From Candidatus Latescibacterota bacterium (GTDB lineage Bacteria; Latescibacterota; UBA2968; UBA8231), in the NCBI GenBank assembly GCA_965248355.1, contig OZ252098.1, positions 4,928,001 to 4,992,000 of the forward strand: 64,000 nt of DNA, read 5' to 3'. Shown here in pieces: positions 56,295-64,000 of the stretch; the first letter of the stretch is position 1, and each line of letters opens with the position of its first letter. Position numbers and translations under genes: made by a program. Below the pieces are notes generated by a model. The model had not been told where the DNA came from. It saw nothing but the letters and a program-made list of their open reading frames with translations, and made no database searches.

Positions 56295-57488
56295 ATGGCC
56301 AAGCAGACGATTGACGACATCGATGTGGCGGGGAAACGGATCCTGGTGCGGGAGGACTTCAACGTGCCCCTCGACGGGGACCAGCGGATCATCGACGACA
56401 GGCGCGTCCGCGCCGCCCTCCCCACATTGTGGCAATTGCTCGAAAAGGGCTCCTCTCTGGTGCTCATGTCCCATCTCGGGCGGCCCAGGGGCCAGGTGCG
56501 ATCCGGGCTCTCCCTGGAACCGATCGTCCAGGAGCTGCACGCCCATCTCGGCACCAGCGTGCACCTGGCGCCCGACTGCATCGGGGAAGAGACGGCGCGA
56601 CTGGCCGCGGAGCTGAAGCCGGGCAGCGTGCTGCTCCTCGAGAACCTGCGCTTCCACGCCGGGGAGGAGGCCAACGACAGCGACTTCGCGCGCCAACTGG
56701 CCGAGCTGGGCGACGGCATCTTCGTGAACGACGCCTTCGGAGCCGCCCATCGGGCCCACGCCTCGACGGAGGGCATCACCAGGCATGTGGAGCACAGCGT
56801 CGCCGGCTACCTGATGAAGAAGGAGCTGCAGTACCTGCAGGAGGCCCTCTCCGATCCCGCGCGGCCCTTCGTCGCCATTCTCGGCGGCGCCAAGGTGGCG
56901 GACAAGATCGAGGTGATCGAGAACCTGCTCGACAAGGTCGACGCCCTGCTCATCGGCGGCGGCATGGCCTATACCTTCCTCAAGGCGCGGGGTCTCGAGA
57001 TCGGCAACTCCCTGTGCGACGAGGAGTCGGTGTCGGTGGCCGCGGATCTGCAGTCGAAGGCCGGCGACAGGCTGGTCCTGCCGGTGGACTGCATCGTCGC
57101 CCGGAGGGTGGCCGCCGGCGCCGAGCACGAAACCGTGGCCGTCGACGCCATCCCCTCCGACCGCGGGGGCGTCGACATCGGGCCGCTGACCCGGGAGCGC
57201 TTCGTCGAACACCTGAGCCAGGCCGGGACGGTGCTGTGGAACGGACCCCTCGGCGTCTTCGAGATCGACGACTTCGCCGCCGGCACGACGGCCGTGGCCC
57301 GCGCCCTGGAGCAGGCCACCTGGGAGTCGGGAGCGGTGAGCATCATCGGCGGCGGGGACACCGCCGCCGCCGTGGCCAAGGCCGGCGCCGGCAAGCGCAT
57401 GTCCCACATCTCCACGGGCGGGGGGGCCTCCCTCGAAGCCCTGGGAGGCAGGGTCCTGCCGGGGGTCGCCGCCCTCGACGACGGGTGA
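56295..57488 (+). CDS. pgk: Phosphoglycerate kinase
   Basis: [37 protein letters not shown] and STGGGASLE motifs. Confidence 0.97.
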   Translation: MAKQTIDDIDVAGKRILVREDFNVPLDGDQRIIDDRRVRAALPTLWQLLEKGSSLVLMSHLGRPRGQVRSGLSLEPIVQELHAHLGTSVHLAPDCIGEETARLAAELKPGSVLLLENLRFHAGEEANDSDFARQLAELGDGIFVNDAFGAAHRAHASTEGITRHVEHSVAGYLMKKELQYLQEALSDPARPFVAILGGAKVADKIEVIENLLDKVDALLIGGGMAYTFLKARGLEIGNSLCDEESVSVAADLQSKAGDRLVLPVDCIVARRVAAGAEHETVAVDAIPSDRGGVDIGPLTRERFVEHLSQAGTVLWNGPLGVFEIDDFAAGTTAVARALEQATWESGAVSIIGGGDTAAAVAKAGAGKRMSHISTGGGASLEALGGRVLPGVAALDDG

Positions 57489-58255
57489 TGACGCGGTCCA
57501 TGCGAAGACCCCTCGTGGCCGCCAACTGGAAGATGAACCTGTCGCCGCAGGAGGGCGCCGCCCTGGCTCGCAAGCTCCTGCCCCGGATCCGGGGAGAGAC
57601 CGGTTCCGTCGACGTCGTCCTCTGTCCACCCTACCTCGGCCTGGCGGCGGTCGGGGCCGAGCTGGCGGGCAGCGCGGTCGGTCTGGGAGCCCAGAACGCG
57701 CACTGGGAAGAGAGCGGCGCCTTTACCGGCGAGGTGTCCCCCGGGATGCTGTTGACCCTTGCCTGCCAATGGGTTATACTGGGACATTCTGAGCGGCGGC
57801 AGCTGTTCGGAGAGACCGACGAGGGCGTGAGCCGGCGCACCCGGGCGGCTCTCGGAGCGGGTCTGAAACCGATCCTCTGCATCGGCGAGACCCTCGGTCA
57901 GCGTGAGGCCGGTCAGGCCGAGAGCATCGTTCTGGGACAGTTGGACCGGGGCCTCGAGGGGCTCTCGGCCGAGCAGGTTCTCTCGGTCGCCGTGGCCTAC
58001 GAGCCGGTCTGGGCGATCGGCACCGGCCGCACCGCCACCCCCGAGGAGGCTCAGGTCGTTCACGCTCTGATTCGTGCCCGCCTGCGCGAGAGCTTCGGCG
58101 AGGCGGCCGAAACCGTGCGCATCCAGTACGGCGGCAGCGTCAAGTCGGACAATGCCGCCGAGTTGTTCGGCCAGGCCGACATCGACGGGGGCTTGATCGG
58201 CGGCGCCTCCCTCCGGGCCGAAGAATTCGCCGCCATCGTCCGCGCCGCCAACTGA
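57488..58255 (+). CDS. tpiA: Triosephosphate isomerase
   Basis: AANWKM, GHSERR, AYEPVWAIGTG, YGGSV and GGASL motifs. Confidence 0.97.
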   Translation: MTRSMRRPLVAANWKMNLSPQEGAALARKLLPRIRGETGSVDVVLCPPYLGLAAVGAELAGSAVGLGAQNAHWEESGAFTGEVSPGMLLTLACQWVILGHSERRQLFGETDEGVSRRTRAALGAGLKPILCIGETLGQREAGQAESIVLGQLDRGLEGLSAEQVLSVAVAYEPVWAIGTGRTATPEEAQVVHALIRARLRESFGEAAETVRIQYGGSVKSDNAAELFGQADIDGGLIGGASLRAEEFAAIVRAAN

Positions 58256-58270
58256 GACACAGGCCCCGCC

Positions 58271-58633
58271 ATGACCATCCTGCTGACCGTCGTCCACATC
58301 CTCGTCTGCATTCTGCTGGTCGTCGCCGTGCTGCTGCAGTCCGGCAAGGGCGGCGGACTGGCCGCGTCCGTGGGCGGCGGTCTGAGCTCTACCTCCGTCC
58401 TCGGCGGCCGGGCGGCCACCTCCTTCCTCACCAAGACGACGACCTACCTGGCCGCCGCCTTCCTGCTGCTGTGTCTCGTCCTGGCCGTGGCCTACGACGA
58501 GGACGAGGGGCTGCCGACGACGGCGAGCGAGCGTCTGCTGCAGGCGCAGGAGGGGGCGGCACCGGTTGCTCCCACGCCCTATCAGCCGCAGGCGGGCGAG
58601 CCGGAGGAGTCGGATGCGGTCCTGCCGCAGTGA
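58271..58633 (+). CDS. secG: Preprotein translocase subunit SecG
   Basis: VLLQSGKGGGL and FLTKTT with two TM helices; canonical tpiA-secG-tRNA-Leu order. Confidence 0.93.
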   Translation: MTILLTVVHILVCILLVVAVLLQSGKGGGLAASVGGGLSSTSVLGGRAATSFLTKTTTYLAAAFLLLCLVLAVAYDEDEGLPTTASERLLQAQEGAAPVAPTPYQPQAGEPEESDAVLPQ

Positions 58634-58636
58634 CTT

Positions 58637-58721
58637 GCGGAAGTGGTGAAATTGGTAGACACGCTGTCTTGAGGGGGCAGTGCCTTCGGGCGTCGGGGTT
58701 CGAGTCCCCGCTTCCGCACCA
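58637..58721 (+). tRNA. tRNA-Leu (GAG)
   Basis: GCGGAAG/CTTCCGC acceptor stem; anticodon arm CTGTC-TTGAGGG-GGCAG; long variable arm; GGTTCGAGTCC; encoded CCA. Confidence 0.95.
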
Positions 58722-58727
58722 TCCATG

Positions 58728-58764
58728 AAAGAGGCGCCTGCAGATCAACCTGCAGGCGCCTTTC
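58728..58764 (+). terminator. Intrinsic terminator (possibly bidirectional)
   Basis: 12-bp perfect stem AGGCGCCTGCAG/CTGCAGGCGCCT with a 6-nt loop and short A/T flanks, between convergent genes. Confidence 0.75.
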
Positions 58765-58820
58765 GTCAATCGGCAGTGGAGGCGCGGACCGACGTCCCGT
58801 GGCCCGCGTCCGTCTTCGGC

Positions 58821-59102
58821 TCAGGCGGGAGGGTCCTTCGGGCCCCGCTCGAAACCCTCGAGCGAGATCGCCTCGTCGATCAGCATGATGGGGATCTCGT
58901 CCTCGATCGGATAGAGGTACTTCCGGTCCTCCCGCACCAGGCCTCCGTCGATCTTCCGTTCCACCCTGGCGCCGCTCCGGTTGGTCAGGTCGCCGCGCTC
59001 GATGCGGGCGTTGACCTCGTCCACCAGGGCCTGGCCGGCCAGGTGGATGGGCTCCTTCGTCTCCGGACAGGCGAGGATCTCCAGCAGTTCCTTGTCGATC
59101 AT
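58821..59102 (-). CDS. Trm112/YcaR family protein
   Basis: MIDKELLEILACP...YPIED.IPIML.DEA pattern. Confidence 0.85.
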   Translation of the reverse strand: MIDKELLEILACPETKEPIHLAGQALVDEVNARIERGDLTNRSGARVERKIDGGLVREDRKYLYPIEDEIPIMLIDEAISLEGFERGPKDPPA

Positions 59103-59379
59103 CCTTGTCGCTCCCGGGCCTTGCTCCGTGGCCAAAGATAGCGCGCTCCCGCGCCAGCGGACAGCGGGCCCCTCGGGGGAAGATCCTTCCCCTCGAGGTC
59201 GGAATATTCCCCTCCAGGGCCGCCTGCAAGGTCCTCCTCCATCCCTCGGTAATTGCTTCTAAGGATCAGAAAAAACATGCAGTTGGGTATCCGGCTCCCG
59301 GCCCCTTCCGCGGTTCCGGTCCGAGCCTTGCAATGGCGGCGGCGGTCCCTCCGGGAGAACCGCCTTCGAAAGGACGACC

Positions 59380-59715
59380 GTGGAACCCATGGACTCGCCG
59401 CGGACGGCCGGCCGCGAGGAGAGGCTCGCAGTCATCGTCGACCGCTGTCTCCGGAGCGAGGCGGCTTACAAGCTGTTCGAAATGCTCGACACTATCGCCC
59501 GTCTCCCCGTGGACGAGCGCCTCGCCTACGTCGCGCGGGTGAGGGACTCGGGGTGGTACAACGAGGAGGAGATCCACGCCATCGAGCGGCTCGTCGTGAG
59601 CGGTACGGCGAGTGCCTTCAAAGAGGTGATCGATCAGGTCCGTCAGGAACGGGTGCAGCACGAAATCGAAAGGCTGACCGGCAGCCGGCGACGGCCCGCC
59701 CGAGAGTCTTCCTAG
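59380..59715 (+). CDS. Hypothetical helical protein
   Basis: AAGGA upstream, protein-like composition, fills the gap between two minus-strand genes. Confidence 0.6.
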   Translation: MEPMDSPRTAGREERLAVIVDRCLRSEAAYKLFEMLDTIARLPVDERLAYVARVRDSGWYNEEEIHAIERLVVSGTASAFKEVIDQVRQERVQHEIERLTGSRRRPARESS

Positions 59716-60956
59716 GCGGTCAGCCGGCGGGCGTGTCGCTGGATCTTTGAGACCGCCTCGGCGATGCCGGCCATGTCCTCCTCGGTGCCGAGGAGCAGGT
59801 TCTGGGTGAGCCAGACCGCTTCGTCGGCACAGATGCGCTCCGTAACCGGGCAGTCGACGGTCGTGTAGTCGGGTCGTCCGCCGAAGGCGGGAGATTCGAG
59901 AGGATAGTCGCGGAACCGGGCCTGGAAGGCCGGCTCGCGGTACAGGGGCCGGTACCCGGAAGCGCAGGTAATGCCCTCGGCAGCCAGGGCTTCGAGGAAC
60001 CGTGCCCGGGGCACTCCAGAGAAGCCGGCCGGGTCGTATTGGAAGACGAACAAGTGGTAGGCGTGGCGGCTGACGCGCTCGTCCACGGCCAGCGGACGGA
60101 TCCCCTCGATCTCCGACAACAGCCCGGCCAGCAGGGCCCCGTTCTGCGAGCGCCGCCGGGTCTGCGACTCGAGGTTGCGCATCTGGCTGAGGAGCAGGGC
60201 CGCCTGAAGCTCCGTCATGCGGTAGTTGCCGCCCACCAGGGAATGCTCGTACCAGGCGCCGGTGCGGGTGCGCCCGCAGTTGTGGATCGACCAGGCGGCC
60301 TCCGACAGCTCCTCGTCGTCGCTGAGGATGAAGCCGCCCTCACCGGCGTTGAGGTTCTTGCTGGCCTGGAAGCTGAAGGTGCCGAGATCGCCGATGGCGC
60401 CGACGCGGCGGTGCCTCCATTCGGAGCAGTGGGCCTGGGCGGCATCTTCGATCAAGCGGAGTCCGCGGGAACGGCAAAGCCGGCCGAGGGCGTCCAGATC
60501 GGCCGGCTGGCCGGCGAAGTGGACGGCGATGACGGCGCGGGTGCGCTCGGTCAGGGCCGCTTCCACGGCGGCCGGATCGATGCAGTAGGTCCGGGGGTCG
60601 ACGTCGACGAAGACCGGCACGGCCCCGACGAGCGCCACCGAGGCGGCGGTGGCGACGAAGGTGTAGGAGGGGACGATCACCTCGTCTCCGAGACGGACCC
60701 CGGCGGCCTCGAGGGCCACCTGCAGGGCGGCCGTGCCGCTGCTGACGGCGACCCCGTGCCGGGCCTGGTGGAAGTGGGGAAACCGGCGCTCGATTTCGGC
60801 GACGCGGTCGCCGAGGAACCAGCGGCCGGAGCGCAGGACCTCGAGGATGGCCGCCTCGTCCTCGGCGCCGAACACGGGCCAGGACGGAAAGGGCTCGGAC
60901 CGCAGGGGAGCGCCGCCGAGCAGGGCGAGTCCGGTCGACGCGGACGCGGTGGTCAC
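59712..60956 (-). CDS. DegT/DnrJ/EryC1/StrS family aminotransferase
   Basis: SSGTAAL, VPSYTF.AT, EDAAQAH, FSFQASKNL.AGEGG and NYRMTE motifs. Confidence 0.92.
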   Translation of the reverse strand: MTTASASTGLALLGGAPLRSEPFPSWPVFGAEDEAAILEVLRSGRWFLGDRVAEIERRFPHFHQARHGVAVSSGTAALQVALEAAGVRLGDEVIVPSYTFVATAASVALVGAVPVFVDVDPRTYCIDPAAVEAALTERTRAVIAVHFAGQPADLDALGRLCRSRGLRLIEDAAQAHCSEWRHRRVGAIGDLGTFSFQASKNLNAGEGGFILSDDEELSEAAWSIHNCGRTRTGAWYEHSLVGGNYRMTELQAALLLSQMRNLESQTRRRSQNGALLAGLLSEIEGIRPLAVDERVSRHAYHLFVFQYDPAGFSGVPRARFLEALAAEGITCASGYRPLYREPAFQARFRDYPLESPAFGGRPDYTTVDCPVTERICADEAVWLTQNLLLGTEEDMAGIAEAVSKIQRHARRLTA

Positions 60957-60970
60957 TCCCGATCCCTCGC

Positions 60971-61198
60971 TCAGACCTTGACGCCTTGCTCCCGGAGGTA
61001 CTTGAGGACGCCCTTCTTGTTCATCGTGCGCAGCGCACGCGCGGACAGCCTGAGGGTGACCGTGCGGCCCTCCTCGGGGATGAAGATGCGCTTCTTGATG
61101 AGATTCGGGCGCTGCACGCGCTTGGTCTTGCGCTGCGAGTGGCTGACGTTGTTGCCCACCATGCGGCGCTTGCCGGTAACCTGGCAAACTCTGGCCAT
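60971..61198 (-). CDS. rpmB: 50S ribosomal protein L28
   Basis: [11 protein letters not shown]...GNNVSHS..KTKR...PNL pattern. Confidence 0.97.
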   Translation of the reverse strand: MARVCQVTGKRRMVGNNVSHSQRKTKRVQRPNLIKKRIFIPEEGRTVTLRLSARALRTMNKKGVLKYLREQGVKV

Positions 61199-61234
61199 CT
61201 TTCCACCTCCCATCAGCTGAATGGAAAACGTGAA

Positions 61235-61263
61235 ATGATAGAAATCACAAGGAGATAGGTCAA
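61235..61263 (-). promoter_or_regulatory. Sigma70 promoter of rpmB
   Basis: TTGACC-17 nt-TATCAT on the minus strand. Confidence 0.7.
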
Positions 61264-61382
61264 GAATCGAGGCTTGACAGTCCAAGGCGCCGGAGGGAAC
61301 TTTCCAGGCTTCACCCGCTTCGCACTCAAATGCACGGAGAAGCCGGGATCCGTCGGCGAAACCCGAGAGCGCCCCCCTGCAG

Positions 61383-64000
61383 TTGAATCGAAACCATCCC
61401 CGTCACCGGCCGGCTCGGCTCGGGATCGCGGCCCTTCTGGCGGCCGTGTCCTCCGTCGCCGCCGACGTGCGGCTCGTGGCCACCGGCCCGGACTTTGTCC
61501 GCGTCCTTTACGAGAGGCCGGGGCTCGCCGGCGCGCAGGAGGTGCCGCCGCAGGCCCTGCACCGGTTCGTGGAGACCGCCCTCCTGGGTGTGCCGCTCGA
61601 GGGAGATCTGCAGCTGGAGGTGCTGCAGGCACGGGCGGCCGCCACCGTCTCGGACGTCCCGGAAGACCTGCCCCTGGACGGCCCCGCCCGGCTCGAACCG
61701 ACGGCGATGCTGCGCCACCAGCGCGTGGCCACCCTCGCCTTCTGTCCCCGCCGGAACGAGGACGGATCGGCCGTCATCTACGACCGCGTGCTGGTGGAGG
61801 TGCGCTTTGCGCCCGACCCCGGCCGGTCGCCGCGGCCGGATGGGTTCGAGTCTTCCTACAGGGCGACCCTGTTCAACTACGATCAGGCCCGCCGCTGGCG
61901 GGCGCTGAGATCCGTGGCATCGAAGCCGGCTGCCCCGAAGGTGACGCCCGAAACGGGAATGTTCCGGGTCGTGGTGCGCGGCGAGGGCATCTACCGGGTG
62001 ACCGCCGATGACCTGGAGCGGTCCGGCGCCGATCTGGAGGGCGTCGCGCCGGGGGGCATCCGCCTCCTGTACGGCGGCGGTCTGTCTATCCGGAGATCGA
62101 GTGGTGTGCCGTCCGGGGTCCTGCTGCGGCCGGTGGCGTCGATCGTGGAGGACGGCGGTGACGGCCGCTTCGACGGCGACGACCACATCCTGTTCCATGG
62201 CGTGGGGCCCGAGCGTTGGGAGTGGACGTCGGCCGGCTACGTCTGGCGGAAGAACCCCTATACCAAGGACAATGCGTACTGGATCGACCTCGACGGGGCC
62301 GAGGAGGCCCCCCGCGCCCCTGAAGGCCAAGTGGCCCCGAACCGCAACGCCGCCGGCGTCGTCGACCGTTACCGCGTGCGCCTCCACGAGGAGGACGAGC
62401 GCCTGATCGTGCGTCAACTGAACGGGGTCAGCTCGGGCTACGAGTGGTTCTGGGAGGAGTTCTTCGGCAACGCCCGCAACTTCACCTTCGTCGTCGAGGA
62501 CGCCCTGCCGGAGGTTCCCGTTGTCGCCAGGGTGCGCTTCCTGAGGTCGAAGAAAGCCGCCCAGGCCTTCGATCTGCGCTGGAACGGTGAGGAGCTGGAG
62601 CGCTCCGTGTTCCATGGCCCCGAGCCGTACACGATAGAGAGAGAGATGGAGGGAGCCCAGGAAGGGCTCAACCAACTCGGGCTGTTTCACCGGGAATCGA
62701 CGCCCATTCGACTGGACTGGTACGAAGTCGAATTCGTTCGCCGTCTGAAGGCGCGCAAGGGCGAGCTCCTCTTCGGCTGGCCCGTAGCGGAGGATGGGAT
62801 CGGGATCGACACCGGGGCCGGTTCGTTTCTGGAGTTCCGCCTGGAGGGGTTCGCCGAGGCCGACGGGCCCCCTCGGATCTTCGAGGTCTCCCGGGGACTG
62901 CGGGAGCTCACGGGCTTCGAGTACGACGCCGACGCCGGCCTCGTTGTCTTTCATGACCGGTTCACCGGCGGGTGGCCGCCGAGGTATATCGCCCTGCAGC
63001 CGGGGCGATGGAAGAGTCCGGCGGCGGTGGTCAGGGACACCCAGACCCCGCGGGACCCGGAGGGCGCCGAGTACGTGATCATCACCCACTCCGAGTTCGC
63101 ATCGGCAGCGCGGCGGCTGGCGGAATGGCGCGCCGAGGACGACCGCTTCGGTCGGCCTCTGACGACCATGGTCGTGGACGTGCAGGACCTCTACGACGAG
63201 TTCTCCGGGGGGCTGCTGGACCCGATGGCGATTCGGATCTTCCTCGCTCAGGCGGTCCTCGACTGGCGGGTACCGCCCGTCTATCTGACCCTGTTGGGGG
63301 ACGGGACGTACGATTACAAGAACAATTCCGGCCTGAGCCATACGAACTGGATCCCGGCGTACCAGGACGGTCCGAGCACGTACGACGATTGGTACGCGAG
63401 GATCGCGGGCATGGACAGACTCCCCGATCTGGCCGTGGCCCGGATTCCCGTGCAGTCGTCGGCGGAGGCCGACGGGGTCGTGGACAAGATCCTCCGCTAC
63501 GACCAGGCGCCCGAGCCGGGGCCCTGGCAGGCCCGGATCCTGCTCGTGGCCGACGACATCTCGAACCCCGAGTATCCAGCACGCATCGAGAGCTTCTTCG
63601 TCCTCGACGCGGAGAGGATCGCCTGGGGGACGATGCCGCCGGACCTCGACATGACCAAATTCTACATCGGCACCTACCCGCTCGAGGGCCGTACGAAACC
63701 CGGGGCCCGGGACAGGTTCCTGAGTCTGTTCAACGAGGGCGCGCTGATCCTGACCTACATCGGCCACGGCCACCCCGAGCTCCTGGCCCACGAGCAGATC
63801 TTCCTGCTCAACCGCGATGTGGGCCGCATCGACAACGGCGGCCGGCTGCCTTTCGTCTACACCGCGGCGAGCGCCGTGGGCGTGTTCGACGACCCGACGC
63901 AGGACTCCATGCCCGAGGTCCTGCTCAAGATGCCGGACCGCGGGGTGATCGCCTTCATTTCCGCCACCCGGATCGGCTACCACACCAGCAACATGGCCCT
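61383..64000 (+). CDS. Peptidase C25 (gingipain)/PorU-like sortase, 3' end outside the window
   Basis: Not in the ORF track. From TTG 61383: signal peptide, [48 protein letters not shown] and YIGHG. The frame was spot-checked at several positions, not read codon by codon. Confidence 0.8.
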   Translation, partial: MNRNHPRHRPARLGIAALLAAVSSVAADVRLVATGPDFVRVLYERPGLAGAQEVPPQALHRFVETALLGVPLEGDLQLEVLQARAAATVSDVPEDLPLDGPARLEPTAMLRHQRVATLAFCPRRNEDGSAVIYDRVLVEVRFAPDPGRSPRPDGFESSYRATLFNYDQARRWRALRSVASKPAAPKVTPETGMFRVVVRGEGIYRVTADDLERSGADLEGVAPGGIRLLYGGGLSIRRSSGVPSGVLLRPVASIVEDGGDGRFDGDDHILFHGVGPERWEWTSAGYVWRKNPYTKDNAYWIDLDGAEEAPRAPEGQVAPNRNAAGVVDRYRVRLHEEDERLIVRQLNGVSSGYEWFWEEFFGNARNFTFVVEDALPEVPVVARVRFLRSKKAAQAFDLRWNGEELERSVFHGPEPYTIEREMEGAQEGLNQLGLFHRESTPIRLDWYEVEFVRRLKARKGELLFGWPVAEDGIGIDTGAGSFLEFRLEGFAEADGPPRIFEVSRGLRELTGFEYDADAGLVVFHDRFTGGWPPRYIALQPGRWKSPAAVVRDTQTPRDPEGAEYVIITHSEFASAARRLAEWRAEDDRFGRPLTTMVVDVQDLYDEFSGGLLDPMAIRIFLAQAVLDWRVPPVYLTLLGDGTYDYKNNSGLSHTNWIPAYQDGPSTYDDWYARIAGMDRLPDLAVARIPVQSSAEADGVVDKILRYDQAPEPGPWQARILLVADDISNPEYPARIESFFVLDAERIAWGTMPPDLDMTKFYIGTYPLEGRTKPGARDRFLSLFNEGALILTYIGHGHPELLAHEQIFLLNRDVGRIDNGGRLPFVYTAASAVGVFDDPTQDSMPEVLLKMPDRGVIAFISATRIGYHTSNMA

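Noticed and set aside
58637..58820. tRNA-Leu as an integration site
   Set aside because: No integrase nearby and no duplicated tRNA 3' end noticed in the window; flanking genes are housekeeping.
61326..63983. 885-aa minus-strand ORF and many other long overlapping ORFs (e.g. 38899..41394 +, 4304..6319 +, 39422..42550 -)
   Set aside because: These are shadow frames of real genes caused by high GC; they show no recognisable motifs.

Overview
GC-rich bacterial chromosomal segment, densely coding (about 63 genes and one tRNA), with no CRISPR array, rRNA, transposase or integrase visible. Four PhyH dioxygenases, a YWTD/LDL-receptor-repeat protein with an FlgD-Ig/T9SS-like domain and a PorU-like C25 peptidase suggest an FCB-superphylum organism such as a Latescibacterota-like sponge symbiont (inference only). 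The most notable locus is a selenium island at 46.4-54.1 kb: senB-senA (selenoneine biosynthesis), divergent from a selenophosphate synthetase that is itself a selenoprotein (in-frame UGA in CGUAAK plus a SECIS-like hairpin, missed by the ORF track), then a three-gene PhnCDE-like ABC importer and a convergent egtD. Other regions: an ABC exporter pair/GT-C/K+ channel/GH5 run (1-8.3 kb); a lower-GC ATPase + TOPRIM-like candidate defence pair (10.4-12 kb); a surface-glycan locus containing a three-propeller LRP-like protein (15.5-25.7 kb); an unknown sugar-acid catabolic cluster (26-38 kb); an accessory patch with Schlafen-like and beta-CASP nuclease genes and a membrane-protein/small-basic-protein pair (35.8-41.4 kb); and housekeeping genes (PPi-type pfk, pgk, tpiA, secG, tRNA-Leu, rpmB). 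Four reading-frame lesions were found (about 540, 18664, 23880 and 38382-38403). All family calls come from motif recognition by eye, not database searches.
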